In this document: positions 23,760 through 36,310 of the stretch, one piece after another
Numbering within the stretch: the stretch's first letter is position 1
Layout: the number at the start of each line of letters is the position of its first letter
DNA from: Camelus dromedarius
Taxonomy: Eukaryota
DNA length: 64,000 nucleotides
Direction of reading: 5' to 3'
Assembly (NCBI RefSeq): GCF_036321535.1
Contig: NC_087437.1
Location: 109,990,001-110,054,000 of the forward strand
The notes under the pieces: model-generated
The model's database searches: none
Told to the model about the DNA's origin: nothing
What the model saw: only the letters and a program-made list of their open reading frames with translations
Program-made: the position numbers and the translations under genes

Positions 23760-25601
23760 GGAAGCAGAGTCTGAAAGAATGCTTCAGAGGGACAGAATTT
23801 CTTGTTTCTGAGAAATCTCTGTTTTTGGTCTTAAGGTCTTAATTTACTGAATAAGCCCCTCCAACATTCTTTTTTTTAACATTTTTTTATTGAGTTATAG
23901 TCATTTTACAATGTTGTGTCAAACTCCAGTCTAGAGCACAATTTTTCAGTTATACATGAACATATATATATTCATTGTCACTTTTTATTTCACTGTGAGC
24001 TACCACAGGGTCTTGTATATATTTCCCTGTGCTATAATGTATAATCTTGTTTATCTATTCTACATATGCCTGTCAGTATCTACAAATTTTGAACTCCCTA
24101 TCTATCCCTTCCCCCTACCCTTGGCAACCACAAGTTTGTATTCTGTGTCTATGACTCTGTTTCTGTTTTGTATTTGTGTTCTTTTTTTTTTTTTTTGATT
24201 CCACATATGAGTGATCTCATATGGTATTTTTTTTTCTCTTTCTGGCTTACTTCACTTAGAATGACATTCTCCAGAAACATCCATGTTGCTGAAAATGGCA
24301 TTATGTTGTCAGTTTTTATGGTTGAATAATATTCCATTGTATAAATATACCTCATCTTTTTGTTAACTTTTTTTTTTATTGAGTTATAGTCATTTTACAA
24401 TGTTGTGTCAAATTCCAGTCTAGAGCACAATTTTTCAATTATACATGAACATACATATATTCATTGTCACATTTTTTTTCACTGTGAGCTACCATATCTT
24501 GTATATATTTCCCTGTGCTATACAGTATAATCTTGTTTATCTATTCTACGTTTTGAAATCCCAGTCTATCCCTTCCCACCCTCTGCACCCTTGGCAACCA
24601 CACGTTTGTATTCTACATCTATGAGTCTGTTTCTGTTTTGTATTTATATTTTGTTTGTTTGTTTTTTAGATTCCACATATGAGCGATCTCATATGGTATT
24701 TTTCTTTCTCTTTCTGGCTTACTTCACTTAGAATGACATTCTCCAGGAACATCCATGTTGCTGCAAATGGTGTTATGTTGTCAGTTTTTATGGCTGAGTA
24801 GTATTCCATTGTATAAATATACCACTTCTTCTTTATCCAGTCATCCATTGATGGACATTTAGGCTGTTTCCATGTCTTGGCTATTGTAAATAGTTCTGCT
24901 ATGAACATTGGGTGCAGGTGTCATCCTGAAGTAGGGTTCCTTCTGGATATATGCCCAGGAGCAGGACTCCTGGGTCATATGGTAAGTCTTTTGAGGAATC
25001 TCCATACTGTTTTCCACAGTGGCTGCACCAAACTGCATTCCTACCAGCAGTGTAAGAGGGTTCCCTTTTCTCCACAGCCTCTCCAGCATTTGTCATTTGT
25101 GGACTTTTGAATGATGGCCATTCTGACTGGTGTGAGGTGATAACCTCATTGTAGTTTTGATTTGCATTTCTCTGATAATTAGTGATATTGAGCATTTTTT
25201 CATGTGCCTATTGATCATTTGTATGTCTTCCTTGGAGAACTGCTTGTTTAGGTCTTCTGCCCATTTTTGGATTGGGTTGTTTGTTTTTTTCTCATTAAGT
25301 CAAATGAGCTGCTTGTATATTCTGGAGATCAAGCCTTCATCGGTTTCATCATTTGCAAAAATTTTCTCCCATTCCGTAGGTTGTCGTTTTGTTTTACTTA
25401 TGGCTTCCTTTGCTGAGCAGAAGCTTGTAAGTTTAATTAGGTCCCATTTGTTTATTCTTGAGAGCAATCTCCTTTACTTAAAGTCAACTGACTGTAAACA
25501 ACATCTACAAAATGCCTTTACAACAACAGCAAGACTAGTATTTGACCAAACAGCTGGGCACCATAGCCTAGCCAAGCTGACACAGAAAATTAACCATCAC
25601 A
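23760..25601 (-). mobile_element. MLT2-type (ERVL) LTR interrupted by an L1 insertion
   Basis: Ends ...gccaagctgacacagaaaattaaccatcaca. The halves rejoin as ccaacattcttgagagcaatctcc when the L1 is removed. Confidence 0.75.
23870..25458 (-). mobile_element. Young LINE-1: ORF2 C-terminus plus 3'UTR, with a second ~490-bp 3'UTR copy in tandem
   Basis: ORF2 C-terminal peptide [40 protein letters not shown]; two poly(T) starts at ~23870 and ~24357. Confidence 0.95.
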
Positions 25602-26161
25602 GGCTCCATTGTTCTCGAAATTCTGGGCTGATAGTTTCTATTTCATTAAAAAATATGCTATACTTTAAATTACTGCACAAGACTTAAAGCAGGAGTAAAT
25701 TAAAATTTTACATATAGTAATCTTCCTCTCAGGTTGTTAAATTATTCTCTTACTTTTTTATGATGGTTTTCTCAGATTCTTATGTCCAATTCATAAGAGA
25801 GATTTCTAGCACAATTTCACAACTGCTCACTGGAATAACTAAAACTCTTAATGAAATGTCTGTGTATTCTTTTCTGCCTACAAGCCATCTGTACTCTTTA
25901 GCACAATTGTGCTAAGAACACAACTCTGTTCCCAGCTGTGCACAAGAGACTTATTAGAGCAGAGGGCGATGTTCAGAGAATTTATTTCCAAGATCATTTT
26001 TAATCGATTTGTCCATCTTATGCTATTTCTGTCATCACATTTCTCATGTTGGCTTTATTCCTTTGCCTTTGTCATGCTCCCCCATTGTTTGCCATGCCCT
26101 TCTTTTATCATTTGCTACCTTTCTGCTTTGTTTTCTGTGCTTTGTGCAAGTGTTCATTCTC

Positions 26162-26388
26162 CATGGTTTCCATAACTCCTGGCACTGTCAACATTTGAGT
26201 TGCACGCTACTTTGTCAGGATAGAGCTGTGTTGTGCATTGTATGGTGGTTAGTAGCCTCCCTGGTTTCTTCCACTAGGTGCCAGTAGCACTAACGCCCCT
26301 CCTCCACCCTGGCTGTGACACTCAAATAGGTCTTCAGATATTGCCAAATGCTGTCTGGAAGTAAAATTATTCCCTGTCTAGAGCCACT
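26162..26388 (-). mobile_element. MER20-like hAT DNA transposon
   Basis: ccactaggtgccagtagcac...tgtgacactcaaataggtcttcagatattgccaaatg matches the recalled MER20 consensus. Confidence 0.8.
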
Positions 26389-29300
26389 TATTTAGATGGG
26401 TATCCAGAAAATGAGCCCTTTGGTATAGTTCTTAACTGTGAACACTGGAACTAAAACATTCGGGATAGGGATAGGATGGTAAAAATGCAACGGTATATTA
26501 CTCCGTGCCTGAATGAGGTGTTGCAAATGATGACTGCCCAATAAATGTATTTGTACTGCATAAATCCAAAATAATGTTGAACTACTTACTTGGCAAATAT
26601 TATTCCACCGTTTCATATAAATGTAGTAATTATTATTATGTTTAGAATTAAAATGACCTGTTCAACTGCAACTAGAGAAAAGATAATGGCATTTTTGTGA
26701 CAAGCGTCTCGGTTCTAGAATGTCTAAGTTGTCTGTTGGGATCACACCTACTCTGACCGTCCTGGACCAAGAAGTAAGAGTAAGACTTAGATAATCTTCT
26801 CACTATATTTCAAATAATCAAGACCAATGGAGACCAATTGTTGTTTATAGACTCTGCTTTACTATCTCGTGGGCATTGTGAGAGCTTTCTTTAATTTGTC
26901 TGACTCATTCTATGTACTCCACAAAAAAGACTTCCACTCTTCTAGTATCTGCCAGCAATGATGAAGCTGACCATAAACCACACTTTCTTTCATTTTGAGG
27001 CTTTGAATCTGACATTACAGGTTTTGCTCTCTAAGTCTCAACCATCTCAATTCAATTCATCATATGGGTACTTTACTATGAACTTCTTCAGCTGTATCTA
27101 CCAAATATTTCACACTAACAAGCATCTACTCAGAGATTCATATTTCAAATACAAGAAAACAAGGTCATTTAAACAATTATATATTTGTTCTTGCTGTATG
27201 CTAGGGTTTATGCTAGGCTCTGGAGAATACAAGTTTAAGTAATAATGTAATGGAACTGATATACAGCTATCAACAATACTGTCAACTAACTATAATGTTA
27301 ATTAGACTGATATAATCTCACAAGACAAGAAATGAAGTTTGGAGGATGTTTCCCAGAAAAAAGTAAAGCTCAGGTTAGGACATAGAAGATCATACATCTG
27401 AACAGGCAGAGTCACAGGAAAGGAAATAAGAAAGTGAAATATGCAAAGAGCATGTCTAAGGATTCTCCCTTGCCCTTCACATGTGGAAGAAATCTTGAGC
27501 TTGAACTAGAAAGGTTATGGGATACCATGGATGTCATGCTCACAAATTTAGACTGTAATATATAAGAAACTGGAGATCAATAGAAATTTCTGAGGAGTAA
27601 TTTTAGTATTTCATTCTGTCACCTAAATTTAATGCACATTCTTGGGGACAGATTTCTAAATGAGAACTTTCATTTGCTTGTTTTAGTCAATACTTATTTT
27701 CCAATAATATTTGCAATTCACTTTTTTTCCCCCATGTTTTATCATTTGGAATGATTCTGGCCAGAAAGGTATTAGAAATATTTTGTAGTTTGTGGGCAAT
27801 ATCTTATTTTTTAACTCTTATCAACTTGCCTGAAAGGAAGCCCTGAGACAAGAATTGTATCTTCTACATAATTTGTTACTTTCAGAGTATCATTTAATAA
27901 AATGTTAGCAATTGATTCACTCTGCTTTCAAGGGAGCACAGCACTTTAGATATAAATTATTTATTAAATGTAAAAAACTACCTTGATATCTTCTATCCGT
28001 CAGAAGTTGTCCTGATTGACAAAAATCTCTATTTAGCATTTTCCTGTGTTCCTGACTCATATCTCATTGTGTTGCGCACAGGTCATGTTTCCTCATGGAC
28101 AGAGGAAAACTTTGGAGACAAAGCAGTTCTCTGAAAGGAGCTGAGTGTTCCAGCTCAGAAGCAGCAGGTCATTCTGATTAATGACCATTTCAAGCATGTT
28201 TGTGTGGAAAGGGATAAAAGGCATTTTGAAGAATGTCTCTCCAATAAAACCAAAATATATTGTTAGGCTTTTATTGTTGGCTGAAAAATCACAACAGTAA
28301 AAACAAGTTTCATTGTAGACAAAAATAAAATTTAGCTATGAAAATTAAAATCATTAATTTATTGATTTTATATTACTTTTAAAAGTAGTAGTCTAAATTT
28401 GGTGGGCTTTCATTTTTAACATGTTGTAACAGTATACTCTTACAATCCATAAACACAAAGAGTTGGACTCAGTTTTTTTTTCTTTTTGTTTTGTTTTTTA
28501 ATATATCTGAGGTACAGAGAAGTTAATTTGTCCAAGATCAGCTAGTCAGTAGTGTATTTTAAACTCAGTTTTACTTTTAAAATTCTGCTTTTTAAACCAT
28601 ATCATCCTATGCAAGAAGCAAAAATTAATTAATTAACTAATTAATTAATTTGTTAATTAATTTTTAAAAAGCACTCATCTTGATGGTGGTGAGCAATCTC
28701 TCGGGTAATAAAGTATCTACTTTTCTTACTAATATTATCTAAGCATTTGATATCAAGGAAATATTGATCATTACGTCTTCAAAGATCTGAATAATGTGGC
28801 ATTTAGTTATCAGGAATATATGCCATTAATAAATTACACTTATACAAATTTATTTTATAAATCCTAGAACAAGGTTAAATGAATGCTGAAAAATATTCTC
28901 AATGGATACAGCAGAATGCATGATGAAGTATCTAAGAATTTTTATTTGAGCAAGTGGAGCAAAAATTGAGAAATGATGATATGAAAGCAATAGTGTCTAG
29001 AAACTGGACAGTATTGCAAGCAAAGAGGCCCTCCTTAACGTCTGACGCCTCTACGCAAAGACGAGTGTTCCGGCCGAAGACCCAAACGAGGAGCGGACTT
29101 TCTGACATAGGACACAGTGAAGTCTCAGTAAACCCAATCGGCTACCACAGTCTCATAACTACTAAATTAGACATTTCTACTATGAGACTGACTTAAGTAA
29201 TTGGATTTTACGTAATGATAGAAGGAAAAATAAAAAGCATCAACAAGAAAATTGAGATTATGAAACATTTTTGCTTTGTTCTTTGATATGTTGTCCTCAG

Positions 29301-29899
29301 AATATTTTTGCTGCTGCTTAAAACAGCGCAGTGCAGGTCTGTAAAGATAAATTCTAAATTGCTTAAGCTCATAGTACCAGGCTCCTGTGAAGCAGTGGTC
29401 AATTGACTGCAGATTCATTCCAGCCCCTTAAAAATCATGAAATAGGCCAATTTTGTACAAATTCTATTATAAGGAATTGGGATTTTTTTTTTTAGTTTGT
29501 CCATTGTTCCTTTCAACCCCCAAAGATGTCTTATATGTAATAGGTACACATAGCTATTCATTACTTGCCTGGATTTCTTATTCTGTTGCATAAACAACCA
29601 TATATATACATATATTGTTTTATTTGATATATAAAATGAGCTCTATTAAGAATAAAAATATTTTTCTTTTTTAAAGGTGTTTTCTGAAACAATAACACTA
29701 AGGAGCCAGAGAGATACAGAGAGAAAGAATATTTTTATTGAGAGACTGAAATCCTGCATATCCTCTGAGCTGAGTTAGGGTGGAAGGATGACTTAACATC
29801 CCTTCTCTCCATGTCCACATACTCTTCTTGAGAAATCTACTTAACCTGGATTTTCCTTTTTTTGATAGAAAAATTCTTTGAACACGTTTTTTCCTTTTA

Positions 29900-30090
29900 A
29901 ACTTAGTTACCAGGGTCACGCTTTCCTGGCGTACCAGCTGGTGATCCTTGGTGACTTACCTCCTCACCTCAATTTCTTCATTTTTATAATTGGATAAAAT
30001 TATGTCTTTGGCAGGATTAGACTAGGAATTCAAGGAGACATTATATAACAAACACCTGTCACCTAGTGGAAGGCAGCTGACCAATGTTAG
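29900..30090. mobile_element. MIR SINE fragment
   Basis: gtgatccttgg...cctcaatttcttcatttttataattgg core-like text. Confidence 0.55.
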
Positions 30091-30594
30091 GTCCTTCCTA
30101 CTATTATTTTTACTGGTTTTATTTACATGTTCTAAAACATGGAGATTTCGTCAACAAATACTCAACTCACACTTACATATCAACTGTGTGACCGTCACTG
30201 TCCTGGCCACAAAGATAAAGTGACATAGTTCTTACTCTCAAACAAGTTACATGGCAGTTAAAAAAAAAAAAAAAAAGATAATGGAAAGAAAGAAAATCTC
30301 CATGTGTTTTTAAGCCCATTAGAAACAATAGACTATATCTAACTCAAGAAGAAAATTGTTTTCAAGTGCTGTAAGGTTAAAATGGACACTTTGCATAGGA
30401 ATTTCACTATGTCTCTTTCTATGTCGTAAGTCTAGCACTGCGTCCGGAACAGCTCTACCAGCAGAATGTTCACACCATCCCTGATGGAAAGGCAGTGGGA
30501 ACCAGGAAATGTTTTTGTAAGAGCAGAGGATTTCAAATACGGGTGACCCTTACTGATACTGAGAAACACATTTTACTTTGGAATCTATTTCTCC

Positions 30595-30601
<7 letters not shown>

Positions 30602-30626
<25 letters not shown>
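30602..30626. repeat. (TG)n microsatellite
   Basis: About 12 TG units, seen directly. Confidence 0.95.
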
Positions 30627-33600
30627 TATTCTTTCTCAAGAATGAAACTTTCAGGAAAAAAAAAAATGTGTGAGATAATGCTGAACTTCTCTATTCCATC
30701 CCATCCCATCCCATTTTCCTCTATTCTTTCTCACTGAAAGGAGTACTGGTCACCAGCAATAAATAGATCCTCTGACCCACTAATAATACAAAACTTGTAT
30801 ACTGAAAATTTTTGCTATGGAGATGATCCACATGGGAGTTATTGAAGCAGCTAATTCTATGTCTTCCTGCTTGACCTTATCTCAAACATTTTCCATTCTT
30901 TTATACAATGGCCCACTGTCTCTCTCAGTAAGCTGAAACAAAATTCCTGTAAAACTACAGTTCTACCATGGATCACTAGATTTCTGTGGAAGAAATCTTA
31001 GATTTCTGGATACTGCCAGATGAAATGATAAACCTTAGAATGAAAGATAATTTAGAACAAAATCAGAGTTGCTATTCCAAAAGGGATAAATAACAATTAG
31101 GAAAGTATATTGATGAAAATTGAAATCAATTAAACATGACTCACATATAGCTCTGCTTATATTAGTAACCCAAGAAGAATATTAATCAAGTAGATATTCA
31201 AGTTTGAATTATTTCAAGTAAAACTCTTAACAAAGTTTAATGTTCTTTAATGTTCATATAGTGTTTTACAGTTTATATGTCCTTCAATACACATGCATGA
31301 CATTATGAACACCATCAGTTGTATTACAGAAGATACAGGTGGCTACTTCTTTCACAAAGATACAAATGTTAAAAAAAAAAAAGATACTGCATTACAATGT
31401 CCTTATAATGGAGAATTTGCAGGTTGCTAATACGCAAGACTAGAAGAACCCCAACAAAAGGACCAGCACATTAACTGGTAAGTTCCACAAATTCAGCCAT
31501 GGGTCCTGGACCTTCATGCATCAGTCCAAGGTGACTAGTTTCTCCACGTGGTGAGGTATCACAAGTGATCCTAACTTCAAGATGGAAACCCAGGGGACCT
31601 TCTGCTCAGACTGTAGAATCTACTTCAATAATCCCATTCTCGGGTATAAGTTCTTTGTCAAGGATGGGACAGGGAGAAAGTCTTGGCTGGAAATGCAGGC
31701 CCTGAACACAGCACTGGTAGACGACAGCGTCACAGAAAGAATCGCAGCAGGCTTTGTGGATCTGGGAACTATCTTAAAAGGCACGAGAAGAGAATGAGGT
31801 GGCTTGGATAGGAAGACAGAGGGAGAGATGTTAAAGGGAGCCCCGAAGACCTGACTGAAGTTTCCAGAAAACAGAAGATAATGGTTCTGATGGATTTGTT
31901 TTTAAGGGATGGTCTGATAGTTTTTCACCAAGTATTCTAACCCTTTCTGCCTTACTAATGAGTGGGATATCTACCCATGACGATGTGGGTGAAATCTACC
32001 ACCTTAGTGAAACTGCAGGCAGAAATAATGTCATGTTTAGTTAAATTCCCTGGTAGATGGGAGTGAGGAAGACCTACTTCTATGTTATAATTCATAAAAT
32101 ACCTCATTTTTAGAAAAATTTTTTAAAATAATTATTTAACCTAATTTTAGGCCCTAATTCTCAAAACACTGAATTAGAGTGTTTGCTGTGACTCAGCCTC
32201 TAGAGCAACCTGAGGTAACTGGGTGCCTAAAAAGTCAGCCTTTAAAAATAGTCTGATAATACAGTTTTATCAGACAAAAAATTGTAATTTAAACTAATTT
32301 CCATCCACCTTTCTTGGAAGCCTTTTAAAAATATCACATGTCCTCAAAGGAACTTTGGGAAACCAAAGAATTAAAAAGTAACACCTCTCACCATAAAGAT
32401 ACTTAGAATCCAATTAAGGAAATATACACGCAAGCAGAACCCTAAAGCAAGCGAGTCAGAAGGGGCTTCTACGTCACTCAGCCAGTCGACATCCTTTGAG
32501 CCAGTATTTGTCAAGTACATGATGAGTACAGAGTGGTGAGCAAGATAGAGAAGATTCCTGACCTCAGAGAGCTTCCCTTCTACTGACGTTACCATGTCAA
32601 GTCACTGGACTGGTAATAATCCAAAGTGTGCAAGCCAATGCTGACTTTAGCATATAGTCCGACTCAGATAATTGTTATTTCCTAGGCAAAGTAATATTAT
32701 ATCTCTGGCTGCTTCTTACCTCTTGTTTTGCCCTGACCCCTTTCCATCACCCTGTCACATGTTAACTAAAAACAAAAAGAGATCTTTAAAAATAAATAGT
32801 TTCATAACTGAAAGTGAAGAGTCTGGGGAAGTCTTGTTTTCTCATTCATACAAATATATAGCTGTACGGCACAGACCACACAGGTAATCCAGGTGAGAAC
32901 CAGGTACATGCTTTACAAGGATCTGCTTTGTTCAGTGCTGTACCCTCAGTGCCTATAAACCGCCTGGTTCGAGTCGGTGCTCCTTGAGTATTTGATGAAT
33001 GCATATAGGAATGAATGAATAAATGAGTGGATAAAGATTTGGCATACTTCAGAAAGTTTCCTGATTTGCAGTTTACATTGAGAGGACTTGTTGAGCCAGA
33101 CACTCTGCTAAATGCATGTAATATCTAGCTTAGTCATCATAACCATCCAATAAGGCAAATCATAACAGAAAACTCATTTTGCTGACACATTAGCTGGCTT
33201 TATCTTAATGAGATTATTTGCCCAAGATCACAGAACAAAATTAGGTTTTGAATTCAGACCCATCAGCCACCAGTGTGTATTTTTTTTAACTTTATTGGGG
33301 TATAATTAATGAAATTGTAGATATATATATATTTGAAGTGTACCAGGTGATGATTTAACATACATACACTCTGTAAAATGATTACTGCATTCAGGCTAAT
33401 TAATACCTCTGTTACATCACAGAGTTATATTTTTTATTTTTCTTTGTGGTGAGAACACTTAAGGTCTCTCTTTTAGCAAATTTCAAGTACACAGCACAGT
33501 ATCATTATTTATACCAGTCATCATGCACTGCATTAGATCCCCAGAGTTTATGCATCTTATAAATGAAAGCTTGTCCCTTCTGACCAGTATCCCTCATCTC

Positions 33601-33769
33601 CGCTATGCCCAGCCCCTGGTAACCACCATGCTACTTTCGGTTTGTATAGGTCTGCCTTTTTTTGTTGTTTGTTTTAGAGTCCACATGTAAGAGTGATCAT
33701 ACAGTATTTGTCTTTCTCTGCTTGGCTAATTTCACTTAGTGCATCATCTAAGGTTCATCCACATTGTTG

Positions 33770-33996
33770 TAAATGCCAGGATACCCTCCTATCTCATGAC
33801 TGATTATATATAATATATATATATATAATATATATATACACACATACACACACTTTATATATTTTATATATTTATATATAATTTAGATATCTATAGATAA
33901 CAAAAAGTATATTTATGTGTGTGTGTGTGTATATATATATTATATATATATATTATATATAATCAGTCATGAGATAGGAGGGTATCCTGGCATTTA
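33770..33996. repeat. Long inverted repeat (~82-bp arms) with (TA)n/(CA)n
   Basis: taaatgccaggataccctcctatctcatgactgatt (33770-33805) recurs as its exact reverse complement at 33961-33996. Confidence 0.95.
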
Positions 33997-34060
33997 TATA
34001 TATAGCTCACATCTTTATCCATTTCTCCATCAACAGACACTCAGGTTGTTTCCATAGCTC

Positions 34061-34211
34061 TTTTTTGTATATGTATTTTTTTTATTGAAGTGTAGTCAGT
34101 TTACAATGTTGTGTCAATTTCTTGTGTACAGCACAATGCTTCAGTCATACATGAACATACATATATTTGTTTTCATATTCTTTTTCACTGTAAGTTACTA
34201 CACCATCACCC
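34061..34211 (-). mobile_element. Short young L1 3' end nested in the older L1
   Basis: 14-bp TSD tgtttccata(g/t)ctc at 34047-34060 and 34212-34225; T-rich tail then ttattgaagtgtagtcagtttacaatg. Confidence 0.85.
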
Positions 34212-35429
34212 TGTTTCCATATCTCAGCTATTGTGAATAATGCTGCAGTGAACGTGGGAGTGCAGATATAATTTTGAGCTATTGATTTAATTTCTTTTGG
34301 ATATATACCCAGAAATGGGATTCTTGGATCATATGGTAGTTCTTTTTAAATTTTTTGAGGAAACTCCATACTATTTTCCATAACAGCTGAATCAGTTTAC
34401 ATTCCCACCAACAGTGCACAAGGGTTCTCTTTTCTCCACATTCTCCTCGACACTTATCATCTGTTGCCTTTTTGATAAAACCCATCCTAACAGGTGTGAG
34501 GTGTTCTCTTACTGTAGTTTTAATTTGCATTTCCCTCATGATTAGTGATCTTGAGCCACTTTTTGTGTATCTGTTGGCTACTTGTATGTGTTCTTTGGGA
34601 AAATGTCTATTCAAGTCCTTATACTTTGTAAAACTCTAGTGACCATTGAATGAGTTTGAATGAATGAATGAGTCAATCAAACTATCAATCAGTCAAGAAA
34701 ACCAAGGCCACAATGGTTGAAGCATCTAAAATATTGATAATGGGAAAGAACAAATTATCATTACAATAATGTCTATACACTTATTAATCTACAGCCTCAT
34801 TTGGAGTTAGGTTTACGTAAAAGACTAGGTGAGCAACTGCAGTACACACAAATAATCTGTAAGAATCCAACAAGTTCAGAAACTCAAAGTCACAATGGAG
34901 CAGACTACAACGTCTTTGAAGAATCAGGAACTGTTCGAAGAAATTCACTGTATTTTCACCGTTTTCCATATATACTGTTTTTGGAACTAATTTTTTTTAA
35001 AGAAAACTACTCTAGTTTTAATCTTGTACATTGGGAAGTCACTTCTCATGCCACTTTCCTCTCGCCCTTTACAAAAGAACCCACCATTTTTGATATTACT
35101 AGATTCCTGAGTAAATGGCTCTAACCACACACACAGCCAGAATATCGTAACTCCTCTTCAAGAAAATAAGTTAGGGGGAAAAAACATTATTGTTGAAAAA
35201 TTCAAGAACAATCACAACAAAACCTATCCGCTTGTAACAAAAAGTGGTGTAAAGTTAAACACGTATGTTATGGGAACACAGAATAAATGAACAAATGCTG
35301 GTGAAATCTTGTTGCAGCCCCTTCCCCTGTATCCATTCTAGTTACATGTCCCTTCTGCATTTTTCACCTCCATGACTCTTACAGACATCTACAAATAAAC
35401 TCTACCTTTGGTGTCTCCTCTTGTTTTTC

Positions 35430-36310
35430 ACCTGCTCCCTCTTTGTTGGCCACCACTACCTTCATTCTGCTGAAATACTGGGTTAGTGGTCACCGATGCC
35501 TTGCTAGTGACCAAGCTCAGTAGTTTCTTCTCATTCTTAAATTTACCTGCCCTTTCTAAACTGTGTGCCATGGGACCTTTTTACTACACTCTCCTGAAAC
35601 TCTCTCTTTTTTTTTTTAAATCATCTTGAAACTGTCTGATTCCGCATCATCTTGGATCTCTCCCCACTCATCTCACCATAAGTTCCCTACTCCTATTTCC
35701 TTCTATCCAGTCCTCACATGTAGGCACCTTGCACAATGTAGTACCATGCTCTTTTATTTAAGCTCCATATTCCGTCCCAGGATGATTGCATCTTCTTTCA
35801 TGTTTTTCACTGTCAATTTTGAAGATAATTTAAAAAGGATTCACATTCAGAATCTTAACTATTTTTGTGAGAAAAGTCTTGAATGTCAACTAATTCCTAA
35901 GTTCCTCTTGCCATATCTGTTAACCATCAGCTGTAACTTGTCAAATTTGACCTCATCATTGTATCTTCTTATTGATACTAATATAAACTGTTACTGAAGT
36001 AATGACTCGAAATCTTGGTACTGGTTTGATTTTTATTCTTCCCTTAACCTTCACAACCAATCAGATTAGCCTGTACTTTTAAAATGTTCTACATAGCTAC
36101 CATGTCTTCTCATTTCTATTCTACTCTCTTATGTGGGCCTATGTGACTTCTTTTGGGCAATATTATAAGAACTTCCTTGTGTCTGATTGCTTTGCAATCT
36201 AGTCTCTGTATTGAATAAAACAAAATTGAATTAATAAAATAGAGTTGAATAATAAAACAGAATTATCATCTTACAACAGTTCAGATAACATCATTCCTTA
36301 TGTTCAGTGG
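35430..36310. mobile_element. Degenerate LINE-2 fragment
   Basis: Pyrimidine-rich L2-like text (tcttgaaact...aatcttgg...tgatttttattcttccctt). Confidence 0.45.

Larger units (their letters stand above)
33280..34620 (-). mobile_element. LINE-1 3' region (L1MA-type) with ORF2 C-terminal remnant
   Basis: ORF at 34279-34614 (MNRHFPKEHIQVANR...REMQIKTT...TLVHCWWECKL) is L1 ORF2-like; the 3'UTR extends to the T-run at ~33280. Confidence 0.9.

Noticed and set aside
24149..25687. Cluster of 68-176 aa ORFs (also 34279-34614 and 51724-52506)
   Set aside because: Sense and antisense translations of broken L1 ORF2 and 3'UTR, not host genes.
26271..26290. CTCF-like ccactaggtgcc
   Set aside because: An intrinsic part of the MER20-like element and a weak match; no independent support.
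28621..28666. Self-complementary (TTAA)n-like run
   Set aside because: Simple low-complexity microsatellite.
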